Source: Burkholderiales bacterium
Lineage (GTDB): Bacteria > Pseudomonadota > Gammaproteobacteria > Burkholderiales > Burkholderiaceae_C
Length of the DNA: 60,151 bases
Reading direction: 5' to 3'
NCBI GenBank assembly: GCA_947450745.1
Contig: CANFYD010000001.1
Span: 1 to 60,151, forward strand
In this document: positions 19,307 through 32,082 of the stretch, piece by piece
How the letters are laid out: each line of letters begins with the position of its first letter
How positions within the stretch are numbered: the first letter of the stretch is position 1
The notes under the pieces: model-generated
What the model was told of the DNA's origin: nothing
Seen by the model: the letters and a program-made list of their open reading frames with translations, nothing else
The model's database searches: none
Translations under genes and position numbers: made by a program

Positions 19307-19447
19307 GCTCTGTCTCCTGAGGGTAGGAAGGGAAGGGAAAAGAAAAAAGGACGGAATGCTGAAAACGCGACCCTAACGCCGCGTCAACCTTTTACACCTT
19401 ACTCCTGTTCGCCCACACGACGCTGACCGCACGCAGCGCCGGAGCAC

Positions 19448-20368
19448 TCACGACAGCCGTCTGACCCCGTCCAGCTTGCAGGCATAAACCGCATTACGCA
19501 ACGCGGCAATCGCCTCGTAGCGCGTGAAGGTGCGGCGCCAGGCCAGCACGACGCGGCGGGTCGGAATCGGCGCGGCGAAGGGAATAAAGCGCAGATGTGC
19601 CTGCACTTCCTTGGGCACGCTGAGCGCCGGCACCACGGTCACGCCCATGCCGGACGCCACCATGTGCTTGATCGTCTCCAGCGAAGAACCTTCGAAGCTC
19701 TTGCGTATGCCCTCGGCGTCGCTGGAGAAGCGGGCGAACTCCGGGCAGACCTCCAGCACATGGTCACGGAAGCAATGGCCGGCACCGAGCAAGAGCATTT
19801 TTTCGCTCTTCAGCTCTTCGGCGCTGACCTCGGTGCGCTCGGCAAACGGGTGGTTGGCCGGCACGGCGATGACGAACTCTTCGTCGTACAGCGGTGCCAC
19901 CGCCAGACCGGTGTCGGGAAAGGGCTCGGCCATGATGGCGCAGTCCAGCTCGCCGGTGCGCAGCATTTCCAGCAGCTTGACGGTGAAGTTCTCTTGCAGC
20001 ATCAGCGGCATCTGCGGGTAGTCCTCGATCACGCCCTTGACCAGCTCGGGCAGCAAATACGGGCCGATGGTGTAGATGATGCCGAGCCGCAGGGCGCCGG
20101 CCAACGGGTCTTTGCCGCGCTTGGCGATCTCCTTGATGGCGCTGGCCTGCTCCAGCACCGATTGCGCTTGGCGCACGATTTCAGCGCCCAGCGGGGTGAC
20201 CGACACTTCGGACGCGCCGCGCTCGAAGATCTTCACGTCCAGCTCTTCCTCCAGCTTTTTGATCGCCACGCTGAGCGTGGGCTGGGACACGAAGCAGGCT
20301 TCGGCCGCGCGGCCAAAGTGGCGCTCGCGGGCCACGGCAACGATGTAGCGCAACTCGGTCAAGGTCAT
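19448..20368 (-). CDS. oxyR: H2O2-sensing LysR regulator OxyR
   Basis: MTLTELRYIVAVARERHFGRAAEACFVSQPTLS; GHCFRDHVLEVC redox cysteines. Confidence 0.93.
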   Translation of the reverse strand: MTLTELRYIVAVARERHFGRAAEACFVSQPTLSVAIKKLEEELDVKIFERGASEVSVTPLGAEIVRQAQSVLEQASAIKEIAKRGKDPLAGALRLGIIYTIGPYLLPELVKGVIEDYPQMPLMLQENFTVKLLEMLRTGELDCAIMAEPFPDTGLAVAPLYDEEFVIAVPANHPFAERTEVSAEELKSEKMLLLGAGHCFRDHVLEVCPEFARFSSDAEGIRKSFEGSSLETIKHMVASGMGVTVVPALSVPKEVQAHLRFIPFAAPIPTRRVVLAWRRTFTRYEAIAALRNAVYACKLDGVRRLS

Positions 20369-20385
20369 GCAAAAAACTCCAAGGT

Positions 20386-20498
20386 TAAGACTTACGCAAA
20401 ACCGCGTCCGCGTCGACTCTGTCTGCTTCGAGCCCGCGCCCCAGCGTGCAAGCGGCCAAGCGGCCAAGCCTGGCTGGAACAATTTTGCGTAAGTCCTG
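20386..20498. mobile_element. 113-bp MITE-like element with (CAG/TAA)GACTTACGCAAAA terminal inverted repeats
   Basis: GACTTACGCAAAA (20389-20401) and TTTTGCGTAAGTC (20483-20495) are perfect reverse complements. Confidence 0.7.
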
Positions 20499-20698
20499 AT
20501 CACTGCGGTGCGCCCGCATTGTCCGTGGCATTGCAGCGTACGGCCAAAACAAACCAGATCACCCCGCTACACTGCCAACGAAATTTCCGCTTTGCCTGAC
20601 TGCCGTCAGCGGCCCTGCCGCCGGGCACAGCGACCCCTGATGTTTTGACCGGCGTGACCGACTGCACCGTCACCCACTTCCGAGGAGCTGCACAAATC

Positions 20699-21508
20699 AT
20701 GACGACCGAGCGTAAAGCGATGAGCCTGCCGAAGCTGCTGGCCATGCACCACAGCGGCGACAAAATTGCCATGTTGACTTGTTACGACGCCGCCTTTGCC
20801 AGCGTGCTGGACGAGCAAGGCGTGGACGTGCTGCTGGTCGGCGACTCGCTCGGCATGGTCTTGCAAGGCCAGGTCTCGACCGTGCCGGTGCTGCTGGACG
20901 AGATGGTTTATCACACCCGCTGCGTCGCGCGCGGCCTCAAAAGTGCCTGGTTGATCGCCGACCTGCCGTTCGGCAGCTACCACCTCAGCCCGCAAGACGC
21001 CTGGACGAGTGCCGCCCGACTGGTGCAGGCCGGTGCCCACATGGTCAAGCTCGAAGGTGGCGGCTGGACGGCCGACACGGTGCGTTACCTGGTCGATCGC
21101 GGCATCCCCGTCTGCGCCCACCTGGGCTTGACGCCGCAAACCGTCACCATGTTGGGCGGCTACCGCGTGCAGGGCCGCGACGATGCCGCCGCCGCGCTGC
21201 TCAGGCAACAAGCCCGCGAGCTGGTCAAGGCCGGCGCACAAATGCTGGTGCTGGAAATGGTGCCCGCCCCGCTGGCCGCCGAGCTGACGCAAACGCTGGG
21301 CATCCCCATCATCGGCATCGGTGCCGGCGTCGGCTGCTCGGGCCAGGTGCTGGTGCTGCACGACATGCTCGACGTCACCCCCGGCCGCCGCCCGCGCTTC
21401 GTCAAGAACTTCATGCAAGGCTCGGCCTCGATCCAGGAAGCCGTGCAGCGCTATGTGACCGAGGTCAAGGCAGGGACGTTTCCGGATGATGCATTGCACA
21501 GCTATTGA
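20699..21508 (+). CDS. panB: 3-methyl-2-oxobutanoate hydroxymethyltransferase
   Basis: [37 protein letters not shown]; GAGGAG RBS. Confidence 0.96.
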   Translation: MTTERKAMSLPKLLAMHHSGDKIAMLTCYDAAFASVLDEQGVDVLLVGDSLGMVLQGQVSTVPVLLDEMVYHTRCVARGLKSAWLIADLPFGSYHLSPQDAWTSAARLVQAGAHMVKLEGGGWTADTVRYLVDRGIPVCAHLGLTPQTVTMLGGYRVQGRDDAAAALLRQQARELVKAGAQMLVLEMVPAPLAAELTQTLGIPIIGIGAGVGCSGQVLVLHDMLDVTPGRRPRFVKNFMQGSASIQEAVQRYVTEVKAGTFPDDALHSY

Positions 21509-21510
21509 CC

Positions 21511-21618
21511 TTGTGGGACAGATCGCCCGAACGTACCCGTGAGTAGCTCTGTCCTCAACACTTCAAGCGGGTTTTGTGCGACAGACCGCCCGAGCGTCAT
21601 CGTGAGTAGCTCTGCCTT
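21511..21618. repeat. Two 45-bp degenerate direct repeats (63-bp period), each able to fold into a hairpin
   Basis: TTGTGGGACAGATCGCCCGAACGTACCCGTGAGTAGCTCTGTCCT and TTGTGCGACAGACCGCCCGAGCGTCATCGTGAGTAGCTCTGCCTT. Confidence 0.8.
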
Positions 21619-21639
21619 GCCGCTGGCAGCCATTAGTAG

Positions 21640-22509
<870 letters not shown>

Positions 22510-22516
22510 ACCCGCC

Positions 22517-23164
22517 ATGAAATCTTTGAAATTCTTGCTCCAAGCCACAGCCTTCGGCGCGTTGACCCTGTTGTCGGCTTGCGGCGGCGGCAGCGCGGCC
22601 GATGCCGGCGCGCCGGTCGTCTCGTCGCCAGCGGTGGTGGCGGCGGTCGAGATGACCATCACCCACAAGGTCACCGTCACCACCAGTCTGGGTGTGATCG
22701 AACTGGGACTGGACAACACCCACGCGCCGATCAGCACGGCCAACTTCTTGCAGTACACCAACGCCGGCTTCTACAACGGCACCCTGTTTCACCGCGTCAT
22801 CAAGGACTTCGTGATCCAGGGCGGCGGCGTTGTCCGCAGCGGCAGCAGCCTGGTCGAAAAAACGCCCAGCTTTGCGGCCATCAAATTGGAAAGCAACGTC
22901 GGCCTGCGCAACCTGCGCGGCACGCTGGCAATGGCACGCACCGGCGCGACCGACTCGGCCACCTCGCAGTTCTTCATCAACGTCAAGGACAACGCCTTCT
23001 TGAATTACGGGGATGCCGGTGCTTCCGATAAAAACGGCTATGCCGTCTTCGGCAAAGTCCTGAGCGGCATGGACGTGGTGGACCAGATCAGCCTGGTGGC
23101 CACCAACAGCAGCGATGCGCCGACGGTGGACGTGACGATCACCAAAGTCGAAGCGCTCAAATAA
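22517..23164 (+). CDS. Cyclophilin-type peptidyl-prolyl isomerase, lipoprotein
   Basis: [29 protein letters not shown]; lipobox LSAC. Confidence 0.92.
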   Translation: MKSLKFLLQATAFGALTLLSACGGGSAADAGAPVVSSPAVVAAVEMTITHKVTVTTSLGVIELGLDNTHAPISTANFLQYTNAGFYNGTLFHRVIKDFVIQGGGVVRSGSSLVEKTPSFAAIKLESNVGLRNLRGTLAMARTGATDSATSQFFINVKDNAFLNYGDAGASDKNGYAVFGKVLSGMDVVDQISLVATNSSDAPTVDVTITKVEALK

Positions 23165-23249
23165 GCGCCTGAAACGGCCACGCGGCTCACCGTGAATGCC
23201 GCCGCCTGATGACGGCCGGTGGCCTGTAGCCCGGTAACATCGCCCGACC

Positions 23250-24854
23250 ATGCCCACGCCCACCGCCCTGATTCCCCTGCAAGGCCCCGTCTTCCGTGGG
23301 CTCTGGCTCGCTTGGTTGGCGGCCAATATGACGATGTGGATGAACGACGTCGCGGCCGCTTGGCTGATGACCTCGTTGACCAGCAGCCCGGTGATGGTGG
23401 CGCTGGTGCAAACCGCCTCGACCTTGCCTGTGTTTTTGCTCGGCATTCCCAGCGGTGCCCTGGCCGACACGCTGGACCGGCGGCGCTACTTTGCCGGCAC
23501 GCAGCTGTGGGTTTCTGTCAACGCACTGCTGCTGGCCGCTTTGTCGCTGCTGGGTGTGTTGACCGCGCCGCTGCTGCTCGGGCTGACCTTTGTCAACGGC
23601 GTCGGCTTGGCGATGCGCTGGCCGGTGTTTGCCGCCATCGTGCCGCAGATCGTGCCGCGCGAAGAATTGCACGCCGCGCTGGCCCTGAACGGCATTGCGA
23701 TGAATTTGTCGCGCGTGATCGGCCCGATTGCGGCCGGCGCGCTGATCTCGCTGGTCAGCCCGGCGGCGGTGTTCGTGCTGAACGCGGTGCTGGCCGGCGT
23801 GGCGATGGTGCTGATCCTGCGCTGGCGCTCGGTGCGCTCCACCAGCCCGCTGCCGGGCGAGCGCTTTGTCGGCGCGATGCGGGCCGGCATCGCGTTCACG
23901 CTGCAATCGCCGCGCTTGAAGACCTTGCTGCTGCGCATCTTCCTGTTCTTCATCCAGGCCTCGGGGCTGGTGGCGCTGCTGCCGCTGGTGGCGCGCCAAA
24001 TGCACGGCGGCGGGCCCGCCACCTTCACCGTGATGATGTCTTGCCTGGGCGGCGGCGCGATTGTGGCGGCGCTGTATTTCCCGCGCTGGCGCTCGCGCTT
24101 CAACCGCGACCAATTCGTGCTCTGGGGCACCGTGGTGCATGCGGCTTTCAGCGCGCTGGTGGTGCTGGTGCCTGAAATCTGGGTGGCGCTGCCGGCCATG
24201 ACCATCCTCGGCATGGCCTGGATTTCGGTCGCCAACTCGCTCACCGTGGCGGCGCAAACCGCCCTGCCCAACTGGGTGCGCGCGCGTGGCATGTCGATCT
24301 ACCAGACCGCGCTGATGGGCGGCTCGGCCTTCGGTGCGCTGTTGTGGGGCCAGGTCGCCAGTTGGACGGACATTCGCACCGCGGTGCTTGGGGCGGCCCT
24401 GTTCGGCCTGCTGGCCTTGTCGATCACCCGCCGCTTCAAGCTGGAGGGCGACGCCGAAATCGACTTCACCCCTGCGCCGGTGCGCTCCCTGCCTCAGCCG
24501 GCCGTGCCGATTGGCCCGGACGAAGGGCCGGTGATGGTGACGCTGGAATATTTGATCGACCCGACGCGCGCCGACGCCTTTGCCGCTGTCATGCAGCGCA
24601 CCCGCCAAGCCCGGCTGCGCCAGGGTGCGCTGTCCTGGGGCTTTTTCCGCGACGCCGCGCAAGCGAACCGCTACATCGAATATTTCGTCGACGAGAACTG
24701 GGTCGAACACCAACGCCGGCTTGAGCGCTTCACCGCCGCCGACGACGAGTTGCGCCTGCTGCGCCTGGCTTTCCACATCGGCACCGAGCCGCCGCAACTG
24801 CGCCGCTACATCGCCCATTCGATGCGCCACGCAGGCGACGGGTTCGGCTCGTAA
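23250..24854 (+). CDS. MFS transporter (MFS_3/DUF894 type) with a C-terminal soluble domain
   Basis: SPVMVALVQTA..LP, GALAD..DRR; C-terminal GPVMVTLEYLID. Confidence 0.88.
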   Translation: MPTPTALIPLQGPVFRGLWLAWLAANMTMWMNDVAAAWLMTSLTSSPVMVALVQTASTLPVFLLGIPSGALADTLDRRRYFAGTQLWVSVNALLLAALSLLGVLTAPLLLGLTFVNGVGLAMRWPVFAAIVPQIVPREELHAALALNGIAMNLSRVIGPIAAGALISLVSPAAVFVLNAVLAGVAMVLILRWRSVRSTSPLPGERFVGAMRAGIAFTLQSPRLKTLLLRIFLFFIQASGLVALLPLVARQMHGGGPATFTVMMSCLGGGAIVAALYFPRWRSRFNRDQFVLWGTVVHAAFSALVVLVPEIWVALPAMTILGMAWISVANSLTVAAQTALPNWVRARGMSIYQTALMGGSAFGALLWGQVASWTDIRTAVLGAALFGLLALSITRRFKLEGDAEIDFTPAPVRSLPQPAVPIGPDEGPVMVTLEYLIDPTRADAFAAVMQRTRQARLRQGALSWGFFRDAAQANRYIEYFVDENWVEHQRRLERFTAADDELRLLRLAFHIGTEPPQLRRYIAHSMRHAGDGFGS

Positions 24855-24887
24855 GAAGCAAAACAGCTCTAGCGACGTAGCTAGTGA

Positions 24888-25007
24888 CGTAGAGCGAGTC
24901 GAGACCCGCGAGCGATTTCGGCATGAGCAGTGAAGTGCCGATATGAGCTGGCTTGGCACAACGCGGGTGCCACAGACTGCACGACGCGGGTCACGACCCG
25001 CCCTACG
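24888..25007. repeat. 120-bp REP doublet (REPIN-like), copy B
   Basis: Homologous to 17950-18069 in both the ends and the spacer. Confidence 0.85.
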
Positions 25008-25078
25008 AATTCAAAACAATGGAGTCAGATACATTTTATTTTTGGGCAGGCCGGGCAAGTCAGGCGGTTTGAACCCAT

Positions 25079-25100
25079 GTAGGGCGGGTCGAGACCCGCC

Positions 25101-25104
<4 letters not shown>
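25079..25104. repeat. GTAG-type REP palindrome GTAGGGCGGGTCGAGACCCGCCCTAC containing the recG stop codon
   Basis: 12-bp perfect stem; CTA at 25101-25103 is the recG TAG. Confidence 0.85.
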
Positions 25105-27251
<2,147 letters not shown>

Positions 27252-27361
27252 GGGCGCTATTTTGCCGTCCAGTTTTATACCCGCAGTTCGGGCGGCTATC
27301 AGTGAGAAGCCAGCGGTGATGAACGCCCATCAAGCGCTGGTTCAGCGCCTGTTCAACCCCA

Positions 27362-28657
27362 TCACAACAAATGCAACTGCTTGGCCGCCAAGGTCAATTC
27401 GGCGCGGAAATCCGGGTGGGCAATGCCGATCAGTTCACGCGCGCGCTGCTTGGCCGATTTGCCGCGCAACTGCGCCACACCAAACTCGGACACCACGTAG
27501 TTGACGTCGTTCTTGCTGGTGCTCATGTGAGTGCCAGGGGACAACACCGGCACGATGCGGCTGATGCTGTCGTCCTTGGCGGTGGACGGCAGCACGATGA
27601 AGGCCTTGCCGCCGCGCGAGCGGTTCGCCGCGCGGACAAAGTCGGACTGACCGCCGGTGCCGGAATAGGGCAAATGCGCCAGGCTTTCCGAGCCGCATTG
27701 GCCCAGCAGGTCGATCTGCAAGGTGGCGTTGATGGCCACCAGGTTGTCGTTCTGGCCGGCCAGATAGGGGTCATTGGTGAAGTCGACCGGGTGCATTTCC
27801 AGCGCCGGGTTGCGGTCCATCAAGCGGTAGAGCTTTTGCGAACCGAGCGCAAACGTGGCCACCATCTTGCCCGGCAGGTAGTTCTTCTTGCGGTTGGTGA
27901 CCGCCCCGCTTTCGATCAGCGTCAGGATGCCGTCGCCGATCATTTCGGTGTGAATGCCCAGGTCGTGCTTGGACGTCAACTGCATCACCACCGCGTCCGG
28001 AATGCCGCCGTAGCCGATCTGCAGCGTCGAGCCGTCGTCGATCATGTCGGCCACATATTTGCCGATCGCCTCTTGCACCGGGCCGATCTTGGGCAGACCC
28101 ACTTCCAGGATCGCGTCGCTGCTTTCCACCAGCGCCGTCACTTGCGAGATGTGGACATGGCAATTGCCGTTGGCATAGGGCACGTTGGGGTTGACTTCCA
28201 GCACCACCACACGCGCCTTGGCGACGGCGGCCATCGTGTAGTCGGCCCCCAAGCTGAGCGAGAAGTAGCCGTGGCGGTCCATCGGCGAAGCCATCGCGAA
28301 CACCACATCGGCCGCCATCTGGCCGCTGGCGATCTGCGCTGGCATCTCGGAGAAATAGCTGGGGATGAAATCAACCCAACCGGCGATGCCGCCCGGACGC
28401 GAGGCCGCGCCGTAGAAGAACGCCACGTGGCGCACATGCTCCACCGTTTCGGGGTCGAAATAGCCGAACTTGCGCACCGCCAGAATCTGCCCCACCTTGA
28501 CGTCATGAAAGCGCCGGCGCTGCTCGGACAGCTCGGTCAGCAAGACGGGCGGCTCGCCCACGCCGGTCGGGACGATGATGAAATCGCCATCACGCAACAA
28601 GTCCACCGCATCGGCTGCCGTGCCACGCTTGCTTTGGTACAAATCCTGAACTGACAT
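27362..28657 (-). CDS. Acetyl-CoA hydrolase / 4-hydroxybutyrate CoA-transferase family
   Basis: LQIGYGGIPDAV, HTEM, SGTGGQSDF, LIGIAHPDFR. Confidence 0.9.
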   Translation of the reverse strand: MSVQDLYQSKRGTAADAVDLLRDGDFIIVPTGVGEPPVLLTELSEQRRRFHDVKVGQILAVRKFGYFDPETVEHVRHVAFFYGAASRPGGIAGWVDFIPSYFSEMPAQIASGQMAADVVFAMASPMDRHGYFSLSLGADYTMAAVAKARVVVLEVNPNVPYANGNCHVHISQVTALVESSDAILEVGLPKIGPVQEAIGKYVADMIDDGSTLQIGYGGIPDAVVMQLTSKHDLGIHTEMIGDGILTLIESGAVTNRKKNYLPGKMVATFALGSQKLYRLMDRNPALEMHPVDFTNDPYLAGQNDNLVAINATLQIDLLGQCGSESLAHLPYSGTGGQSDFVRAANRSRGGKAFIVLPSTAKDDSISRIVPVLSPGTHMSTSKNDVNYVVSEFGVAQLRGKSAKQRARELIGIAHPDFRAELTLAAKQLHLL

Positions 28658-28854
28658 GGTGCGCTAAGCTCGCTGAGTGGGGTGAAGGTGGGAGGCGGCA
28701 TCACGGCTGAACGGTCACGTGAATGCTGCGGAATAAAATCAACGCCGTCGAAACACCGATTCTGCAGTTGGTGACAGCCTTCGGGGCCGAGGAAATCCCT
28801 CGCCACCCGAACCCGCGAATTTAGCGCCACGCCCTTACCCGAGCTTTACACCCG

Positions 28855-29613
28855 ATGCCCGAATCCAATGCTGCCGACGATGAACATGTCAAGCCCTTTG
28901 TCTACGAGACGCTGAACAGCAAGGCCCTACATTTCTCGCTGTCCGAGATCCAGAGCCGCATGCACATTGACCGGCCCTTTGCGCTGGACCTGGAATACAC
29001 CGGTTTGATGATGGGCTTTTTGCTCTTCAACAGCGCGCCGGCCGAGCTGGCGATGATTGGCTTGGGCGGCGGTTCGCTGGCCAAATACTGCCACCGCTAC
29101 TTGCCCACCAGCCACATCCAGGTGGTCGAGATCAACCCCCACGTGATCGCGCTGCGCGAGCGCTTCGAAGTGCCGGCCGACGACGCCCGCTTCCAGGTGC
29201 TGCGCGGCGACGGCGCCGAGTTCGTCCGTGCCCCGCCCCATTTGCTCGACGTCTTGATGGTGGATGGCTTCGACTACTCGGGTACGCCGCCTGCACTGTG
29301 CTCGCAAGCCTTTTACGACGACTGCCTGGCCTGCCTCAAACCGAACGGCCTGCTCGTCGTCAACCTGCACCGCGGCCACCGTGACTACGACATCCACGTC
29401 GGCCGGCTCTACAACACGTTCGGCGAAGAAGTGCTGGTGGTCGGAGGCACCGACAGCAGCAACGGCATCGTTTTCGCCTGCCGGGGGCCGCTGCTGCAGC
29501 AGCTCAAAATGTCCGTGCTGCGCCGCCCCAAAGCCTTCGACCAAGCGGCCTGGGAAGACCTGAAACCCTCGCTCGGCATGGTCAGAGCGACGCTAAGGGC
29601 GCAGAACCCGTAG
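28855..29613 (+). CDS. Spermidine synthase-like SAM-dependent transferase
   Basis: IGLGGGSL, VVEINP, LMVDGFD. Confidence 0.8.
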   Translation: MPESNAADDEHVKPFVYETLNSKALHFSLSEIQSRMHIDRPFALDLEYTGLMMGFLLFNSAPAELAMIGLGGGSLAKYCHRYLPTSHIQVVEINPHVIALRERFEVPADDARFQVLRGDGAEFVRAPPHLLDVLMVDGFDYSGTPPALCSQAFYDDCLACLKPNGLLVVNLHRGHRDYDIHVGRLYNTFGEEVLVVGGTDSSNGIVFACRGPLLQQLKMSVLRRPKAFDQAAWEDLKPSLGMVRATLRAQNP

Positions 29614-29651
29614 CGCGGCAAGGGCTGTGGCGGAGGTGGCGGCGTGCAGCC

Positions 29652-30704
29652 TCAACCCCGCGCGCCTGCCAGTCGGGTCGGCAGCCGCAAGGTTTCCCCG
29701 ATGGCGATGGTGCAGAAGTCCTGCGCGGCCATGCCCTGCCGCTGCAGCGCGGCGGTCAGCGCTCGCGGTGGCTCGTCCAGCGCCTCGTCGCTCAAGGCAA
29801 AGGTGCCCCAATGCACGCCCAACGAGCGCTTGGCCCCCAAATCGTGGTGGATCCTGATGGCTTCATCGACGTTCACATGCTGGGCCTGCATGAACCAGCG
29901 CGGCTCGTAGGCGCCGAGCGGCAGCAGGGCGATGTCAAAGCCGCCGCCATGTGCCGGCCCCTGGCGATGCGCAAAGCGGTCCCGCATGTCGATGAAATCG
30001 CGTGAGTAGCCGGTGTCGCCGGCGAAAAACAGATGGCAATCTGGCGCAAACAGGGCAAAGCCGCCCCACAGCGTGCGCATCCGATCGGTCAGCCCGCGAG
30101 CCGACCAATGCTGGGCGGGCACCAACACCAGTTCCGCCGCACCCTGCCGAGTCTGCACCGCGTGGCCCTGCCACCAATCCAGCTCCACCACGGACCCGAT
30201 GCCGCGCTTGCGCACCCAATCGGCCAAGCCCAAGGGCACGATGAATTGCGGCGGCCCGCCCGGCTGTGCCGCCAAGGCCAGCACCGAAGCCTCGTCCAGA
30301 TGGTCGAAATGGTTGTGTGACACCAGCACCAGATCGATGCGCGGCATTTGCGCCATCGTCACCCCGGGCGGCTGCTCGCGCTTGGGGCCCAGAAAGCTCA
30401 GCGGCGACGCACGCAGCGAAAACATCGGGTCGGTCAGCACGTTCAAGCCACCCAACTGCGCCAGCACGGTGGCGTGGCCAATCCACGTCACGCAAGGCTG
30501 CATCGCCGCACCGGCCCGCGCATTGGCGTGCAAAAAATCCAGCTCCGGCGGCAGCACCGGAATCGCCGCCAGCGGTGGCCTCGGTCGCCCCTCACGCGCC
30601 GCCGTCCAGCGCCACCGCAACACCTCCGCCAACGACTTCGGCTCAAAGTCCTGGTAATTGTTCTGAAAGCCACCCGCGCGGTGGTGTGAAGGGGGTTTGA
30701 TCAT
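29652..30704 (-). CDS. MBL-fold metallo-hydrolase (NAPE-PLD/RomA-like)
   Basis: WIGHAT, SHNHFDHLD, PAQHWS, FAGDTGY, HWGTF. Confidence 0.9.
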   Translation of the reverse strand: MIKPPSHHRAGGFQNNYQDFEPKSLAEVLRWRWTAAREGRPRPPLAAIPVLPPELDFLHANARAGAAMQPCVTWIGHATVLAQLGGLNVLTDPMFSLRASPLSFLGPKREQPPGVTMAQMPRIDLVLVSHNHFDHLDEASVLALAAQPGGPPQFIVPLGLADWVRKRGIGSVVELDWWQGHAVQTRQGAAELVLVPAQHWSARGLTDRMRTLWGGFALFAPDCHLFFAGDTGYSRDFIDMRDRFAHRQGPAHGGGFDIALLPLGAYEPRWFMQAQHVNVDEAIRIHHDLGAKRSLGVHWGTFALSDEALDEPPRALTAALQRQGMAAQDFCTIAIGETLRLPTRLAGARG

Positions 30705-30950
30705 GGAGGAGGAAGCAAATGTTAACCCGTCGAGAATTGACAAGTATGTTCACCCCGAACTGGCGAGATCGGCGGGACACCTGAATGCCCCGCTAGCCCG
30801 CAGGGTGCAAGGCAAGCGCCCGGGTGATTCCCGATACTGGAATCAAGCACCAAAACTTACACTGCCCAGCATCCTGCCAAGACCCACTGGCGTTTCAGTC
30901 CAAGCCAATTGATTCATTGCCTCACACGACCTGTCCGATTGACACTGCGC

Positions 30951-31016
30951 TGAACAGGCGGTGAACAGTCACTGAACAGGCGCTATTCACCAAACCTTTT
31001 AATGAACATTAAAGGT
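30951..31016. promoter_or_regulatory. Putative operator: three TGAACAG repeats at an 11-bp period plus a near-palindrome
   Basis: TGAACAG at 30951, 30962 and 30973; ACCTTTTAATG-AA-CATTAAAGGT at 30994-31016. Confidence 0.45.
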
Positions 31017-31094
31017 CTGCGAAATAAACCCCAATTAAAATAGATACCAGGCCATTCCGAAATCCACGACAAAGCCAACAAGAATATAATTAAA

Positions 31095-31820
31095 ATGTCC
31101 ACACGCATTATATATAATCTTGCCTTTTGCATATTCCTTCACGGCTGCGCATCGGCACCATCGCTCGGGACAATTCCTGACGGTGAAACTGTTTCCATCA
31201 CGGTAGGCGCGGCAGCGAATTATCCGCTCGCCATAAATGTTCGGAACACCGCAGTCAGCGATGGACTGTCTACAGGAGTTGGTGCAGGCGGTGTTGCGGG
31301 TGGATTGTGGGGGCTCACTTGCGGGCCCTTTGCCGTGCTGTGTGTTCCGCTTGGAGCGGCCGCTGGCATGGTCACTGGCGGTGTAGCTGGCGTGGCAGTT
31401 GGTGCGACTGGCATGCTTTCGAAAGAAAATGAAGGGCGGCTCAAAGAGCGCTTGGTGCGCATTGCCCAGACTCACCCTGTACTGATTGAATTTAAGCAAA
31501 GTATTGAAGACAAGGCGCGCAGCCATTGGATACTGGATCGAGAATTTTCAAAAATTCATGTGGCTATTGAAATTCAGGAACTGCAGGTCGTGTCCACGCG
31601 AGATGAACACATTCGCTTTGTCCTGCAGGTTCTTGCCTCGGTACAAGACAACTCCTTGAACCGAAAAACTCAGCCGAGGCAGAAGAAGTATGAATACAGG
31701 AGCCCGGTCAGCAGCCTGGCGGTTTGGTTGGATCAGCAGAGCGAGTTTCTCGACACAAGTTTGACGAGCGCCGCGCAGCAGATTTCAACCCAAGTCATCA
31801 CTGACCTCACGAAGAACTAA
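31095..31820 (+). CDS. Hypothetical glycine-zipper lipoprotein (AT-richer region)
   Basis: Lipobox LHGC; GxxxG-rich hydrophobic hairpin. Confidence 0.65.
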   Translation: MSTRIIYNLAFCIFLHGCASAPSLGTIPDGETVSITVGAAANYPLAINVRNTAVSDGLSTGVGAGGVAGGLWGLTCGPFAVLCVPLGAAAGMVTGGVAGVAVGATGMLSKENEGRLKERLVRIAQTHPVLIEFKQSIEDKARSHWILDREFSKIHVAIEIQELQVVSTRDEHIRFVLQVLASVQDNSLNRKTQPRQKKYEYRSPVSSLAVWLDQQSEFLDTSLTSAAQQISTQVITDLTKN

Positions 31821-32082
31821 TATGCCTTCGCAATTTTTATTTATTTAAATGGCCTTCTTGAAAATATATATTCACAGGAGTTGGTTTTTCTGAGCCTTTC
31901 CAAGATATTCTAATTTCGGCATGACTGATGATCATTTACCTGCTAAGCATTCGTTGCTTTTATAACTTGGGGGCGTGAAACCGCCATGCTCCAAACAGCA
32001 CGTCCGCAGCATTTTCAGACGCTACGAAGTACCGAAGTAATATTTACGTCGTCACTTCAATCACTGAAACTGTCTGAAATTT

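Noticed and set aside
21511-21618. CRISPR array
   Set aside because: Only two degenerate repeats, an 18-nt spacer, and no cas genes
30890-30916. Additional AATGGGGTCAG repeat at the left edge of the islet
   Set aside because: Only CAATTGATT matches, which is too weak
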